Shown: one piece after another, positions 17,483-27,410 of the stretch
Position numbering within the stretch: position 1 is the first letter of the stretch
How the letters are laid out: every line of letters starts with the position of its first letter
Source of the DNA: a virus
Lineage: Duplodnaviria; Caudoviricetes
Strand: one strand, 5' to 3'
IMG/VR virus record: IMGVR_UViG_2767802007_000002
Location: 4,488 to 68,487 of that record
Length of the DNA stretch: 64,000 nucleotides
Notes under the pieces: model-generated
Database searches by the model: none
What the model saw: the letters and a program-made list of their open reading frames with translations, nothing else
What the model was told of the DNA's origin: nothing
Made by a program: the position numbers and the translations under genes

Positions 17483-20400
17483 CAGCGCGCCCTCTCACGG
17501 TCGTAGTTGCGCAGCGCTTCCTTCATCTCCACGACCAGTTCCTGCGCGGCCTGTCGGCGCGCGGAGCGGCTGGAGAAGTCGAACGTGCCGGACACGGTGA
17601 TGTTCTCGATTGTCACGCTGCCCCCGGTCCGGCTGCTGGAGACGAGCTGCTCGAACATCTGCGTCTGCTGGGCGTCGAGGATCCGCTCCGGCCGGCGGGT
17701 AGCGTTCACGGCCATCGTGGCGCCGGGCTGGAGCAGCCCACCCGCGTCGTACTTCGTGGCCGGCGCGAAGCCCCATCGGCTGGTGAACATGGGGTCGCCA
17801 GCGCCGCGCGCCGTCCTGCCGTAGTGGACGCCGCGGCCGCCGGAGCTCTCGAAGTTGATCCCGGCCAGCGTGCCCGCCGTGTGGCCCACACCGGCGTTGG
17901 TGATCCCGATTTCGAAGGGGGACTTCAGGCCGCGGACCCAGCCGGACGGGCCGGAGTTCCCGACGAAGGCGCCGGTCGCCCAGCGGCGGTGCGGCTTCTC
18001 CCCGCGGATGACGCTCTCGATGGCGCTCATGAAACCCGAGCAGTCCCAGGACGGGTTGCCGTTGCCCGCCCACTGGTACGGGAGGCCACTCTGGGTCTTG
18101 GCCCAGGCGAGCGCGCGCTGCACCGCGGGTCCGCCCGTGGCCTTCTTGTCCTCGTCGCCGAGGAAGCCGAGCATGCTGTCGAGGGTGCGGTTCGTGAGGC
18201 CCTTCAGCAGGCCACCGAACCCGCCGCCGGGGATGGCGTTGACGAGCGGCCGGATCAGCGAGTTGATCGCCTTCTGCGCGGCCTTCTTCAGCCCGCCGAT
18301 GACCAGGTCCTTGGCCCAGTCGAGAGCCCCGCCGAACAGGCCCTTGGCGCCGCTGGTCACGGTGCCGACGATGCCGCCGGACGCGAAGTGCTGTCCGCCG
18401 GCCTGCTCCCGTCGGCGCTCCTGCTGCTGGGTGGGGTTGCCGCCGGTGCGGGTGGGGTGGTCCTGGCCGAGCATGGCGTCGATGCCACGGTGCCCGCCGA
18501 GTTGGGCGACCTGTCGTTTGGACAGGATGCGTTCGCCGGGGGTGAGCATGGCAGGGACGGTGTCGGTGTTGCCGCTCCCGGGGACGACACCACCCCGGTT
18601 GAAGTTGAGGCTGATCGGGGGCAGGGTGAGCTTGGAGGAGATCTTTCCGGCGATCGTGTTCCACATGCTGCGCATGCCGCCGTACACGTTCTTGATGACC
18701 CACTTCACGGGAGAAGCGATCTTCGACTTGATGCCGTCCCAGATCGTGCCGAGTGCGTTCCTCAGGTTGGAGAACGCGGTACGCATGCCCGACGCGAACG
18801 CGCTGATCTTTCCGCGGATGGTGGTGAGGATCCCGGAGATTTTGTCGCGGGCGCCATTCCACAGCGCCGACCACGTGTTGCTGATGGACGTCTTCAGGCC
18901 GGACACGCTGTTCTTCACCCACGACCAGGCGCCCGTCACCGAGCTGCGCAGTCCGCCGTAGAAGCTGTCCCACTTGGACCGGACGGCGGTCCAAAGTCCC
19001 TTCCAGGTGTCCACGACCCAGTTCTTCAGGGTCGTGAAAATTTCCTTCGTCTTGGCCCAGAGGCTGCCGAACCATTTGATGATCGCCTTGACGAGGTCGG
19101 GAATGATGCTGTGCCCAACCAGCACGTCGTAGAGCCACTTGAATTTGTCGACGATCCACTTCACGCCGTCGGTGATCGCCTTGGTGAACGTGGTGATCCA
19201 TCCGATGACCGTGGTGATCACAGGCACCAGGATCTGAATCGCGCCGGCGAGCACCGTGGTGAACAGCGTGGCCAGTTGCACGATCAGCGGCAGCAGCGGC
19301 TGAATGACCTGGAGCGCCAAGGTCAGCAGCGCGACCGTCAGCTGTGCGAGCGGCGGGATCAGCGGCAGCAGCGCCTGAATCAGGGGAGGGAACAAGGGCG
19401 CGAGCTGCCCCATGAACTTACCGAACGCTGCGACGATGGGCACCAGCGCGCTGATCACTGGCATAAGGCCCTGCACCAGCGCCGAAATCAGCGGGGCAAG
19501 CGCGTCACCGAACGCTGAGATAACCGGCGCGACCGCAGTGATGACGGCCGCGATCAGATCGCCCAGCGGCTGCAGCAGGGGCGTCAGCGACTGCACCAGG
19601 TCGAGCACCAGGGCGGCGATGTTCGACAGTACCGGCATGAGCGCGGTGATGATCGGGCCGAGCGCCTTGCCGAAGCCCTTCAGCAGCTGCACCAGGACCG
19701 GGCCAAGCTGGTTCGCGAGTTGGGACACGAATGGGGCCATCTGCGCCAGCAAGGGGAGGGCCGCCTGCAGGGCTGCGCCGAGGACGCCGGCGAGCATCTT
19801 CCCGATGTCGGCGAGCGCCTTGAAGATGGTGGTCAGTGCCTGCTGTACCTCGGGCATCGCCGTGATCCGGCGCAGCTCCTTGAAGACGCTGCCGAGCGAG
19901 CCGAGCGCGTCGCCGCCCGCTGCGCCTGCGGCCTTCATGACGTTGCCGAGGGTGCCGAAGATGTCGCCGATGAGGTGCCCGAACTGCACGGCGATGTCGA
20001 GCGCCTGATTGATGATCTTTTCGAGGTGGCCGTTCTTGGCTGACTGGTCGATCTGCTTGCTGATCCGGTCGAAGAACCCGCCGCTCGCGGTCGTGATCCG
20101 CTTGAAGGCCGGGGCCGCTGCCGTGCCGATCTGCGTCAGGCCGGTGATGAACTGTCCCGGAACCTTCGACAGGGGCTTGAGGGCGCCGTTGAGGCCCGCG
20201 AACAGCTTCTTCAGCTGTCCGGTCCGCCCCAGGTTGGTGACGGCGTCCATGGCGTTCTTCGCCATGCCGTTGAGGATGTTGGCCGTGCCGGTCAGGCCCG
20301 TGCGCAGCGACGGCAGGATGGCCGTGCTCATGGTCGAGAACTTCTGCCCGAGCCCGGCGAACAGGGAGTTCTGCACGCTCAGCTTCAGACCGCGCCACGC

Positions 20401-22431
20401 CTCCCGCTGGGCCACGACTGCGGAGACGAACGCCCTCGCGTTCGGGGCGAGCTTGGCCATGGCGTCGGCGGTCTTGCTGGTGGCCTGGGCGCTGGAGTTC
20501 TGGGCTTCGGCCATGCTGCGGGCCGCGTCGGTTACGGCCTGCTGGGCGTCCTTGATCTGCCGAGCACCGTCGGCAGCCGCCTTGCGCTGCGCCTCGCGTG
20601 CGTCCGCCAGGTCACGCTCGGCCTTGGCGGTCTTGTCCGCGCCGTCCTGCGCGGTGTGTGCCTCGTCGGTGTGGGCGTCCTTGAGTTCCTTGGTCTTGTC
20701 CTTGACCTCCTGAGTGGCGTCGCGGACCTTGTCCTTGGCGTCCTTCACGGTCTTGGAGCCCTCGACGCCCGCGGCGTTGGCATCGGCCGTCTGCTGCTGC
20801 AGCCGCGCGGTCTCAGTCTGCTGCTCCTCAAGGGCCTGCTTTGCTCGGTCGTACTGCAGCTGGGCCTTGTCGATCTCCTCTTGGGTGGCCTTGGCGCCCT
20901 TGGCCTTGACCGCGGCGAGTTCCTTCTCCGCGTCCTGGAGATCGAGGACCTTCTGCCGCTGGTCGAGCTGGGCATCGGCGAGCCGGGCGTTCAGGTCCTG
21001 CAAGTCCTCGGCGGCCTGCTTCCTCGCCGCCGTGAGGTCGAGCTGCGCCTGCTTCGCGGCGCGCTGGGCGTCCGCCAGGTCCCGCTCAGCTTGCTCGACC
21101 TGCTCGGCCGCACGTCGGTTGGCGTCCGCCACGTCCTGCACGGTCGACTTCAGGTTCCGCTGGGCGTCAGCAACCTGCCGGGCCGCCTGCACCCGGGCCT
21201 CGGCGGCCCGCTGCTCAGCGTCCTTCACGCCCTGTTGAGCCCGGGCCAGGCTGCGCTGTGCGTCCTCGACGCGGCGGGTGGCAGAGGCAGCGGCGTTGCC
21301 CGAGGACACGGCCGGCGCGAATGCCTGCTTGAAGGCGTCACCGACCCCGCTCGTGCCGATCTTGATGGCGGCGAACGCTGCGCCAAGTGACAGCACGGCG
21401 GGCACCGCGGTCAGCGCGGCCGGGGCCATCGCGGCCATCGCGGAACCCAGCGAAACCAGGGAGGGAAGGGCCTCCAGGGCAAGGGCGACGATGCTGGTGA
21501 GAGAACCCCTCAGCGCCCCCAGGGCACCCGACAGGCCGCCGCTGAACAGGCTGCTGATACGGGACGCCGCCGAGCGGTCCACATCCGCCCGGATGGTGAC
21601 CGAGCGCGTCCGGGTCAGGGCATCGAGGCTGGTACGCGCAGCGGTGGTGTTGAGGTTGACGCCGACGGTCATCTGCCTGCGCCGGGTGAGGTTGGCCAGG
21701 CTGTCGGCGGCCACGCGGGTGTCGACGTCGATGCCGATGTTCACCTTGCGGCGCTGGGTGAGGTTCCTGATCTCGTCGGCGGCGACGCGAGTGTCTGCGC
21801 TGGCCCGGATGATGACGAAGCGATCGGCGGTCAGCCGGTCCAGTTTCTTCTTCGCCGCGTTGTAGGCGGCCTCGTTGATCTTCGGAGTGACGTCGACAGT
21901 CTGCTTGCCGGTCAACGCGGCGAGCTTGGTCCTCGCAGCCGCGTCGTCTACCTGCGCGGCAAGCTGGATGACCTGTGCCCTGACCAGGTTCTCCAGCTGG
22001 GCGATGGCCGCCGCGTCATCCACCTGGACCGTGAGCCTGACAGTGATGGGGCGGGCCAGCTTCGTCAGCGCGGACGCGGCGGCCTTGCCGTCCAGCTTGG
22101 CCGTCAGCCCGATAATGCGGGGCTTGCTGAGGGCGGTCAGGCCGCTCTTCGCCGCATTGCTGTCGAGCCTCGCGGTGAGCTTGACGGCGCGGTCTTTGAC
22201 CAGGGTGCGCAGCGAGGCTGTGGCGGCTTTGTCGTCGAGCTTCCCTGCGATCTTGACAGTGCGGCTCTTGGCCAGTGCCGTCAGCTTGGTCCGGGCGTCC
22301 CTGTCGTCGAGCTTGGCCAGGATCGACGCGCTGACCTTCTTTGTCCTCAGCCGGTCGATCGCGCGGTCGTAGGCGGTCTCGTCGGCTGTGACCTCGACGT
22401 AGCCCTCGGCGATTCGGAAGCTACCCGCCAC
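17482..22431 (-). CDS. Tape measure protein with C-terminal NlpC/P60-like domain
   Basis: GGAGG RBS, GTG 22431; about 1650 codons; Ala/Leu helical and W/F-spaced repeats; PYQWAG...WDCSGF...GHTAG. Confidence 0.92.
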   Translation of the reverse strand: MAGSFRIAEGYVEVTADETAYDRAIDRLRTKKVSASILAKLDDRDARTKLTALAKSRTVKIAGKLDDKAATASLRTLVKDRAVKLTARLDSNAAKSGLTALSKPRIIGLTAKLDGKAAASALTKLARPITVRLTVQVDDAAAIAQLENLVRAQVIQLAAQVDDAAARTKLAALTGKQTVDVTPKINEAAYNAAKKKLDRLTADRFVIIRASADTRVAADEIRNLTQRRKVNIGIDVDTRVAADSLANLTRRRQMTVGVNLNTTAARTSLDALTRTRSVTIRADVDRSAASRISSLFSGGLSGALGALRGSLTSIVALALEALPSLVSLGSAMAAMAPAALTAVPAVLSLGAAFAAIKIGTSGVGDAFKQAFAPAVSSGNAAASATRRVEDAQRSLARAQQGVKDAEQRAAEARVQAARQVADAQRNLKSTVQDVADANRRAAEQVEQAERDLADAQRAAKQAQLDLTAARKQAAEDLQDLNARLADAQLDQRQKVLDLQDAEKELAAVKAKGAKATQEEIDKAQLQYDRAKQALEEQQTETARLQQQTADANAAGVEGSKTVKDAKDKVRDATQEVKDKTKELKDAHTDEAHTAQDGADKTAKAERDLADAREAQRKAAADGARQIKDAQQAVTDAARSMAEAQNSSAQATSKTADAMAKLAPNARAFVSAVVAQREAWRGLKLSVQNSLFAGLGQKFSTMSTAILPSLRTGLTGTANILNGMAKNAMDAVTNLGRTGQLKKLFAGLNGALKPLSKVPGQFITGLTQIGTAAAPAFKRITTASGGFFDRISKQIDQSAKNGHLEKIINQALDIAVQFGHLIGDIFGTLGNVMKAAGAAGGDALGSLGSVFKELRRITAMPEVQQALTTIFKALADIGKMLAGVLGAALQAALPLLAQMAPFVSQLANQLGPVLVQLLKGFGKALGPIITALMPVLSNIAALVLDLVQSLTPLLQPLGDLIAAVITAVAPVISAFGDALAPLISALVQGLMPVISALVPIVAAFGKFMGQLAPLFPPLIQALLPLIPPLAQLTVALLTLALQVIQPLLPLIVQLATLFTTVLAGAIQILVPVITTVIGWITTFTKAITDGVKWIVDKFKWLYDVLVGHSIIPDLVKAIIKWFGSLWAKTKEIFTTLKNWVVDTWKGLWTAVRSKWDSFYGGLRSSVTGAWSWVKNSVSGLKTSISNTWSALWNGARDKISGILTTIRGKISAFASGMRTAFSNLRNALGTIWDGIKSKIASPVKWVIKNVYGGMRSMWNTIAGKISSKLTLPPISLNFNRGGVVPGSGNTDTVPAMLTPGERILSKRQVAQLGGHRGIDAMLGQDHPTRTGGNPTQQQERRREQAGGQHFASGGIVGTVTSGAKGLFGGALDWAKDLVIGGLKKAAQKAINSLIRPLVNAIPGGGFGGLLKGLTNRTLDSMLGFLGDEDKKATGGPAVQRALAWAKTQSGLPYQWAGNGNPSWDCSGFMSAIESVIRGEKPHRRWATGAFVGNSGPSGWVRGLKSPFEIGITNAGVGHTAGTLAGINFESSGGRGVHYGRTARGAGDPMFTSRWGFAPATKYDAGGLLQPGATMAVNATRRPERILDAQQTQMFEQLVSSSRTGGSVTIENITVSGTFDFSSRSARRQAAQELVVEMKEALRNYDRERAR

Positions 22432-22855
22432 CCTCTGTTCCTCCAACGCTCACGAGCCCCGGGAAGCGAGCCCGGAACTGGGTCAGCGAGACCTCACTGA
22501 CCTCGCTGTCGCCGCGCCCGGCCGGGGCGGCGGTGCTCGTGCGGGTTGGGGTGGTGTTGCGGGCCGGCTGCTGGCGGTCGCGCTCGGCATCAGCGCGGGC
22601 CGCCATCACTCCGGTGTAGGCGGTCAGTCGGTGTGCCAGCGCGAAGTAGCGGCGGGCGTTGACGGTGGTGGCGTCGGCTTGCTCAAGGTCGATGCCGTAG
22701 ATGGCCAGGAAGTCGGCGTCCAGGTCGTCCAGGTGGTCCAGGACCCAGGCGACTTCGGCGATGCGGTCCCAGACGGGCTCCGAGAGGTCCGGCCGGCCGA
22801 AGCCGTCGCGCAGGAGCCGCAGCCACGCCGGGCCTACCGGGCCGTCGCTTTTCCC
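22421..22855 (-). CDS. Tail assembly chaperone, -1 frameshift extension (GT-like product)
   Basis: The -1 frame is open from the slippery site to stop 22421: GKSDGPVGPAWLRLLRDG...WVLDHLDDLDADFLAIYGIDL...RYFALAHRL. Confidence 0.75.
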   Translation of the reverse strand, partial: GKSDGPVGPAWLRLLRDGFGRPDLSEPVWDRIAEVAWVLDHLDDLDADFLAIYGIDLEQADATTVNARRYFALAHRLTAYTGVMAARADAERDRQQPARNTTPTRTSTAAPAGRGDSEVSEVSLTQFRARFPGLVSVGGTEGGG

Positions 22856-23244
22856 TCCTCCTTCTCCCCGCGGCCGAGGGACAGGTCGACAACGATCTGG
22901 ATGATCCGCTGCAGCTGCTCGTCCGTCAGAGCGCGCGAGGACTCCAGCGCCTCGTACGCTTCCTCGCCCAGCACCCGGGTCAGCAGGACCGGGGCGGCGA
23001 ACTGCTCGCCCATCTCGCCGGCGGTGCGCAGGTACTGCAGGGCCACTCCGGGCGGGATGTCCTTGGGGATCGTGTACTCGGTGTCGCCTATGTAGAAGAG
23101 CGGCACGCGCTCTTCCTCGATGTCGTCGTCGGCGGCGATCCGGATCGGTTCGAAGTCGAGGGGCGTTGCGGCGCCGGTGGGCTTGGCCGCGGCGCGCTTT
23201 CGGGCCGCGGTGGTCTGCCGGGTGCGTGCGGGGGTGGATGCCAT
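22834..23244 (-). CDS. Tail assembly chaperone (G-like)
   Basis: AGGAG RBS, ATG 23244; lies between major tail and tape measure. Confidence 0.8.
   Translation of the reverse strand: MASTPARTRQTTAARKRAAAKPTGAATPLDFEPIRIAADDDIEEERVPLFYIGDTEYTIPKDIPPGVALQYLRTAGEMGEQFAAPVLLTRVLGEEAYEALESSRALTDEQLQRIIQIVVDLSLGRGEKEEGKATAR
22849..22855 (-). other. Programmed -1 frameshift slippery site G GGA AAA
   Basis: GGGAAAA in the 0 frame five codons before the chaperone stop (TAG 22834); -1 frame open. Confidence 0.8.
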
Positions 23245-23288
23245 GGGTGGTGCTCCTCGGGATGGGCAGGGGCTGGGGGCGGCCGGGC

Positions 23289-23849
23289 CTAGGAGGTCTG
23301 GTCGACGATGTGGAAGGGGGCGATGCTGGCGCTGACGTAGTGGCCGCTCAGCTTGATCGGGATGAGGGTCTGCTTGTCCTTGGTGTAGGCCAGCTCGGTG
23401 GAGTCGGTGTTGAGCATCCGCCGGCCGATGACGCGGCGCCGGAACTGGTTCGGCGCGTACCCGTCCATGATCACGGCGAAGTAGTTCGGCTGCGTCGCCG
23501 AGCTGGACACGTTGGGGTCGTAGGACTTCCAGCCCGCCCCGGACGCGGCGGTGCCACCGTTGAGGCTCATGGACAGGTTCTCCAGGGTGGCCTCGGCCAG
23601 CGACGTCTCGATGGTGAAGTCGACCTTCGTCAGGCGGGAGCCGACGCGGACGGTGATCTGGTCGACCTCCAGCTCCGAGTAGGTCTGGTCGACGCTGAGC
23701 TTGACGCCGTCCTGGGTGCCGCCCAGGTCCGTCCAGCTCGACGCCGGAGGCACGGCGTTGACCGCGGTGTCGGCCGGCTCGGTCGCGCCGAACGCCCCGC
23801 TGTACAGCGACGCCGGGCCCTGGATGAGGTTGGTGGTGGTGACGGCCAT
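23289..23849 (-). CDS. Major tail tube protein
   Basis: 186 aa; LGGTQDGVKL...ELEVDQ...FTIETSLAEATLENL; position in the operon. Confidence 0.85.
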   Translation of the reverse strand: MAVTTTNLIQGPASLYSGAFGATEPADTAVNAVPPASSWTDLGGTQDGVKLSVDQTYSELEVDQITVRVGSRLTKVDFTIETSLAEATLENLSMSLNGGTAASGAGWKSYDPNVSSSATQPNYFAVIMDGYAPNQFRRRVIGRRMLNTDSTELAYTKDKQTLIPIKLSGHYVSASIAPFHIVDQTS

Positions 23850-23852
23850 GGG

Positions 23853-24062
23853 TCAGCTCTCCTTGCTGAGGGCGGTCTTCTTCGGCGCGACGGCCGCGGG
23901 CTGCGGAGCGGGTTCGGGTGCGGCCGGGGCCGCGGTCGCCGGCGGTACCTCCTCGGTGGCGTCCTCCTCGACGAGGAGGCCCTGCCGCTGCAGGTCGACA
24001 TACTCGGAGTTGTCGACCTCGATCTCCTGGTCGGGGCGCATGGTGGTGCGGACGGTCGGCAT
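23853..24062 (-). CDS. Small hypothetical virion-module protein
   Basis: ATG 24062 overlapping upstream stop; MPTVRTTMRPDQEIEVD... Confidence 0.6.
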   Translation of the reverse strand: MPTVRTTMRPDQEIEVDNSEYVDLQRQGLLVEEDATEEVPPATAAPAAPEPAPQPAAVAPKKTALSKES

Positions 24063-24286
24063 CAGCGGTAGTCCTCTCGGCGGAGCGGGAAGGTGTGGTG
24101 GGCGAACTGCGGGTGGAACCGGAGCTCGATGGTCTGCTCGGGCGGGATGCTCGGCGGGCACGGCACGATCCGGATCGGGCCGGCGAGCAGGAACTCAAGC
24201 TCCGGCCGGCTGTCGTGGACGATCGTCCGGCCGTTCCAGCTGAGGAGCTGCCCGTGCGGGGTGTCCTCCTGAATGGCCCACTTCAC
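24062..24286 (-). CDS. Small hypothetical protein
   Basis: GTGA overlap; MKWAIQEDTPHGQLLSWNGR... Confidence 0.55.
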   Translation of the reverse strand: MKWAIQEDTPHGQLLSWNGRTIVHDSRPELEFLLAGPIRIVPCPPSIPPEQTIELRFHPQFAHHTFPLRREDYR

Positions 24287-24747
24287 GAGGGCACCTCCGT
24301 CCAGGCGATGACCAGGCCCGGGATGCTGTAACGGGCGTACGACGAGGGGTCGTCGGGCACACGCCGGGGCTCGCCGGTGGTGTATGCGGACAGCACCCGC
24401 GCGGCCGGGTAGCCGGTCGGCAGGGCGACCGTCTGGGGGATGGCCGGGTGGTCGTAGCAGGCGGCCTGGATCGCCTCGGCCAGGACGGCGGCCTTGTTCC
24501 ATGGCGGCTTCTGGCTCTGGGGGTTGACCGCCCAGCAGTCGACGCCGATCGCGGGTTCGCGTAGCGGCACGTACAGGTTGGGGGTGCCGCCGGCCACGGT
24601 GAGGGTGACGAACCCGCCATCCGCCCAGCCGAGGCTGCCGTCCGTGCCCGGCTTGGGCAGGGTGGTGGCGACCCGGTCGCCGACCACGGTCTTCAGCCAG
24701 GCGGTGGCCACCAGCTCGTGGGTGGCGCGCAGCGGGGGTGTGCTCAT
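24283..24747 (-). CDS. Tail terminator-like protein
   Basis: 154 aa; position upstream of major tail; GFVTL...IGVDCWA. Confidence 0.65.
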   Translation of the reverse strand: MSTPPLRATHELVATAWLKTVVGDRVATTLPKPGTDGSLGWADGGFVTLTVAGGTPNLYVPLREPAIGVDCWAVNPQSQKPPWNKAAVLAEAIQAACYDHPAIPQTVALPTGYPAARVLSAYTTGEPRRVPDDPSSYARYSIPGLVIAWTEVPS

Positions 24748-25115
24748 GCGGTCCTCCGCTGGAACAGGGCCGGCCGGAGGTACGGCTGAGCGTGGGTGCC
24801 GGGGTGGTTCACGCGGGCAACCGGGTGGTCGGCGCCCGGCCAGTGCAGCGCCTTCTTGTTACGCGGCAAGATGACGTGCGGGGCCGTGCCCATCTCGACG
24901 TCGGTGGCGTAGTTGCAGTCCAGCGAGCCGACCCGGAGGACCTTGTCGTGGACCTCGGCGCGGAGAGAGTCCGCGAGCCGGCCGGACCGCTTCGGCACGA
25001 AGTTCCGGGCGTCACCGAGGATGGCGGGGCCGATGGCGTGCTCCAGCCAATCGTTGATGGCTGCGTCGACGTGCGCGCGCGCTGACGGGTCGATCCGCAT
25101 GCCGGATCGCGCCAT
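24744..25115 (-). CDS. HK97 gp10-like tail completion protein
   Basis: VPKRSGRLADSL, YATDVEMGT, HPGTHAQPYLRPAL. Confidence 0.8.
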   Translation of the reverse strand: MARSGMRIDPSARAHVDAAINDWLEHAIGPAILGDARNFVPKRSGRLADSLRAEVHDKVLRVGSLDCNYATDVEMGTAPHVILPRNKKALHWPGADHPVARVNHPGTHAQPYLRPALFQRRTA

Positions 25116-25186
25116 GGCCGCCTCCTCTCCGAAGGTGGTGTCGTGCTGGCCGGCCCGGTCTCCCCGGGCGTGGTGGCCGTGTGCTG

Positions 25187-25519
25187 TTAGGTGGTGCGCC
25201 GCAGGTCCAGCCGGAGATCGGCTGTGGCCGCGGGGTTCGCCATCGAGGAGACGGCGTCGACGATGTAGAGGGCGCCGGTGCGCTCGTCACGCACTCGGTC
25301 CTGGTCCTGGATGTCCGTGCCGGCCGCGACGCGGGCGATGGCGTAGCGGACGATGCGGGGGGTGGGGTCGTCGCGGGTGGTGACGCGGCGGGACTGCTCG
25401 GTCAGGGCGGCCGGGACCCCGGACGCGACCGGGGTGTCGGTGTCCACCTCATCGCCGTAGCCGTCGGTCGTCGTGCCCCGCAGCACGGCGATGGTGGTGG
25501 TGGCCAGAGCGATCGGCAT
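25187..25519 (-). CDS. Head-tail stopper/closure protein
   Basis: ATG 25519; TDGYGDEV, IQDQDRV motifs; synteny. Confidence 0.65.
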   Translation of the reverse strand: MPIALATTTIAVLRGTTTDGYGDEVDTDTPVASGVPAALTEQSRRVTTRDDPTPRIVRYAIARVAAGTDIQDQDRVRDERTGALYIVDAVSSMANPAATADLRLDLRRTT

Positions 25520-25965
25520 CACGGGCCTCCGGTGTAAGGGGCCCAAACGAGCGAGTCGTCGGTGCCGTCGGACAGCGGGTCACCGAGCAGCGGGCCGGCG
25601 CCCTCGATGGCCGAGCGGATGTGCACGGTCCGCGACCGCATCCACGACACCCGCTGCAGCGCCCGCTTGGCCATGGGAGCGAGGACCAGGCCGTCGCCGG
25701 TCAGCGTGGTGGAGACCTGGTCCTGCTGGATCTGCGTGGCATCCAGCCGCGTCTCCAGCCCGAACTGCCCTGCCAGCCACGCTGCCTGATAGGCGACGGC
25801 CCGGCCCAGCCAGTAGAGGTCGCGGCTCCGCATCCGCTCCGTGTCGGGGTAGACCCGGTTGGAGAAGACCTCGATCGCGGCCTGCGCCTGGGCAAGCTGC
25901 TGGTCCGTCACCGAGACGCCCGTGGCGTCGATGACGTCCTGCGCAGCGCACCAGGCCTGAACCAT
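25519..25965 (-). CDS. Head-to-tail adaptor
   Basis: 148 aa; helical; LGRAVAYQAAW; synteny after capsid. Confidence 0.6.
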   Translation of the reverse strand: MVQAWCAAQDVIDATGVSVTDQQLAQAQAAIEVFSNRVYPDTERMRSRDLYWLGRAVAYQAAWLAGQFGLETRLDATQIQQDQVSTTLTGDGLVLAPMAKRALQRVSWMRSRTVHIRSAIEGAGPLLGDPLSDGTDDSLVWAPYTGGP

Positions 25966-25968
25966 GGG

Positions 25969-26427
25969 TCAGCCCTCGGCCTTGCTGCTGCTGGTGTCCT
26001 TGTCGTCGGCCTCGATGACGTCGCGCGGCGTGGTGGTGTCCTCGGGCTGGTGGTCGACGGAGGACGGCACGGTCTCCACCGAGTAGGTGAGGACGACCGA
26101 GACGCCGTCCGGGTGGTCCTCGGCGCCGTCGAACGAGGCCTCGCCGCGCGGGTGCAGTCCGCGCTGGATCGCCTCGTTGTGCACGGCGGCCTTGTTCGCC
26201 TCGTGCTGGTACTCCTCGCCCGTCCAGTTCCGGTCGTGGACGACGAACTCCTTGATGTGCCGCGTGCCCTCGGCGCCGTCGGCGGACCGTTCGTCGACCT
26301 CGACCTCGGGCGCGCCGGCCTTGGCGGGGAACTGCCGCTGCCGGACCTGCTCCGTGTCCTCGGCCTTGGCGGCCTGTTCCTGCTCGGTGCTGGCCGCCTT
26401 GCTGCTGGTGGTCTTCCTCGCTGCCAT
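25969..26427 (-). CDS. Hypothetical head-associated protein
   Basis: 152 aa, GGAGGTG RBS, directly after capsid. Confidence 0.6.
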   Translation of the reverse strand: MAARKTTSSKAASTEQEQAAKAEDTEQVRQRQFPAKAGAPEVEVDERSADGAEGTRHIKEFVVHDRNWTGEEYQHEANKAAVHNEAIQRGLHPRGEASFDGAEDHPDGVSVVLTYSVETVPSSVDHQPEDTTTPRDVIEADDKDTSSSKAEG

Positions 26428-26449
26428 GGCTCACCTCCCTGCTGTGTGG

Positions 26450-26480
26450 CCGTACCGCCCGGAGCCGGCGGGCGGTACGG
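26450..26480 (-). terminator. Stem-loop after the major capsid gene (attenuator or mRNA-stabilising)
   Basis: CCGTACCGCCCG / CGGGCGGTACGG 12-bp stem. Confidence 0.55.
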
Positions 26481-26495
26481 CGTACTGGGGGTGGG

Positions 26496-27410
26496 TCAGC
26501 CGACGAGGATGCTGGCGCCGTTGGGGTGGCCGTAGGCCCAGCCGCGGCGGGCGCGCATCTTGAGGATTGACTCGTCGGTCAAAGCGCTGAGTCCATCCCT
26601 GCCGTCGATGAACACGGACTCCGGGCCGCTCCTCACGCCGAGGAGCATGAGCTCGGGGTTGACGAACGCCATGATCGGCCGACCGGTGGGGCTGGGCGTG
26701 GCGGTCGCGGAGATCTTCGCGCCGAGGCTCCAGCGGACGGGCACGCTGAAGATGGTGTCGGGGGTACCGGCGCCGTTCTCGTTGAAGATCGGACGGTTCT
26801 GGGAGTCGAGGACGCCACGCAGCGACTTGCGGAAGGCCGGGTGGGCGATGGCGTACATCGACCCGGGGTCGAAGTAGTCGCCGGATTCCACGGCGCCGAT
26901 CGCGGTGGAGAACTCGCTGTAGGTCGGCGCGCCCGAGCTGGAGGCAGTGACGATGTTCGTGCCGCCCGTGTAGCCGAGGGTGCCGTCGGTCGTGTTCAGC
27001 AGCTGGTACAGGCTGGTGAACGGGACGGTGGTGCCGTTGCTGGCCGCGGACACGGCGAGCGTCGCGTTGTCGATCATCTTGGCGTAGGACTTCGACCAGC
27101 CCAGCATCTTGGCCTCGATGACGTTGGCCACCGAGTCGTCGATGTCCTCTTCCGCCAGCCTGGCCGCCTTGCCGAACTTCACCGCCGACAGCAGGACTTC
27201 GTCGTTGAGGCTGGTGTCCTCACCGTAGGCGCCGCCCTTGGCGACCACGTCGACGCCCATCCCGGCGGTGCGGGGGACGTGCTTGGTGTCGGAGCCCATG
27301 GGGATGCGGGAGGCGAGGGCTTCGACGGCGGAGATTTGGTTGATGCTCTGGATGACCCGGCTGGTCTCGTACTCTTCCGGGATCCAGGCCTCAAGCGTAT
27401 TGCGTGCCAC
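26496..27410 (-). CDS. Major capsid protein (HK97 fold)
   Basis: 304 aa; WIPEEY, VAKGGAY, LAEEDIDDS, LRGVLDSQNRPIF, KMRARRG. Confidence 0.88.
   Translation of the reverse strand: MARNTLEAWIPEEYETSRVIQSINQISAVEALASRIPMGSDTKHVPRTAGMGVDVVAKGGAYGEDTSLNDEVLLSAVKFGKAARLAEEDIDDSVANVIEAKMLGWSKSYAKMIDNATLAVSAASNGTTVPFTSLYQLLNTTDGTLGYTGGTNIVTASSSGAPTYSEFSTAIGAVESGDYFDPGSMYAIAHPAFRKSLRGVLDSQNRPIFNENGAGTPDTIFSVPVRWSLGAKISATATPSPTGRPIMAFVNPELMLLGVRSGPESVFIDGRDGLSALTDESILKMRARRGWAYGHPNGASILVG

Noticed and set aside
22683-22892. ORF-track 69-aa ORF as the frameshift product
   Set aside because: Wrong frame; the -1 frame is the one ending at 22421.
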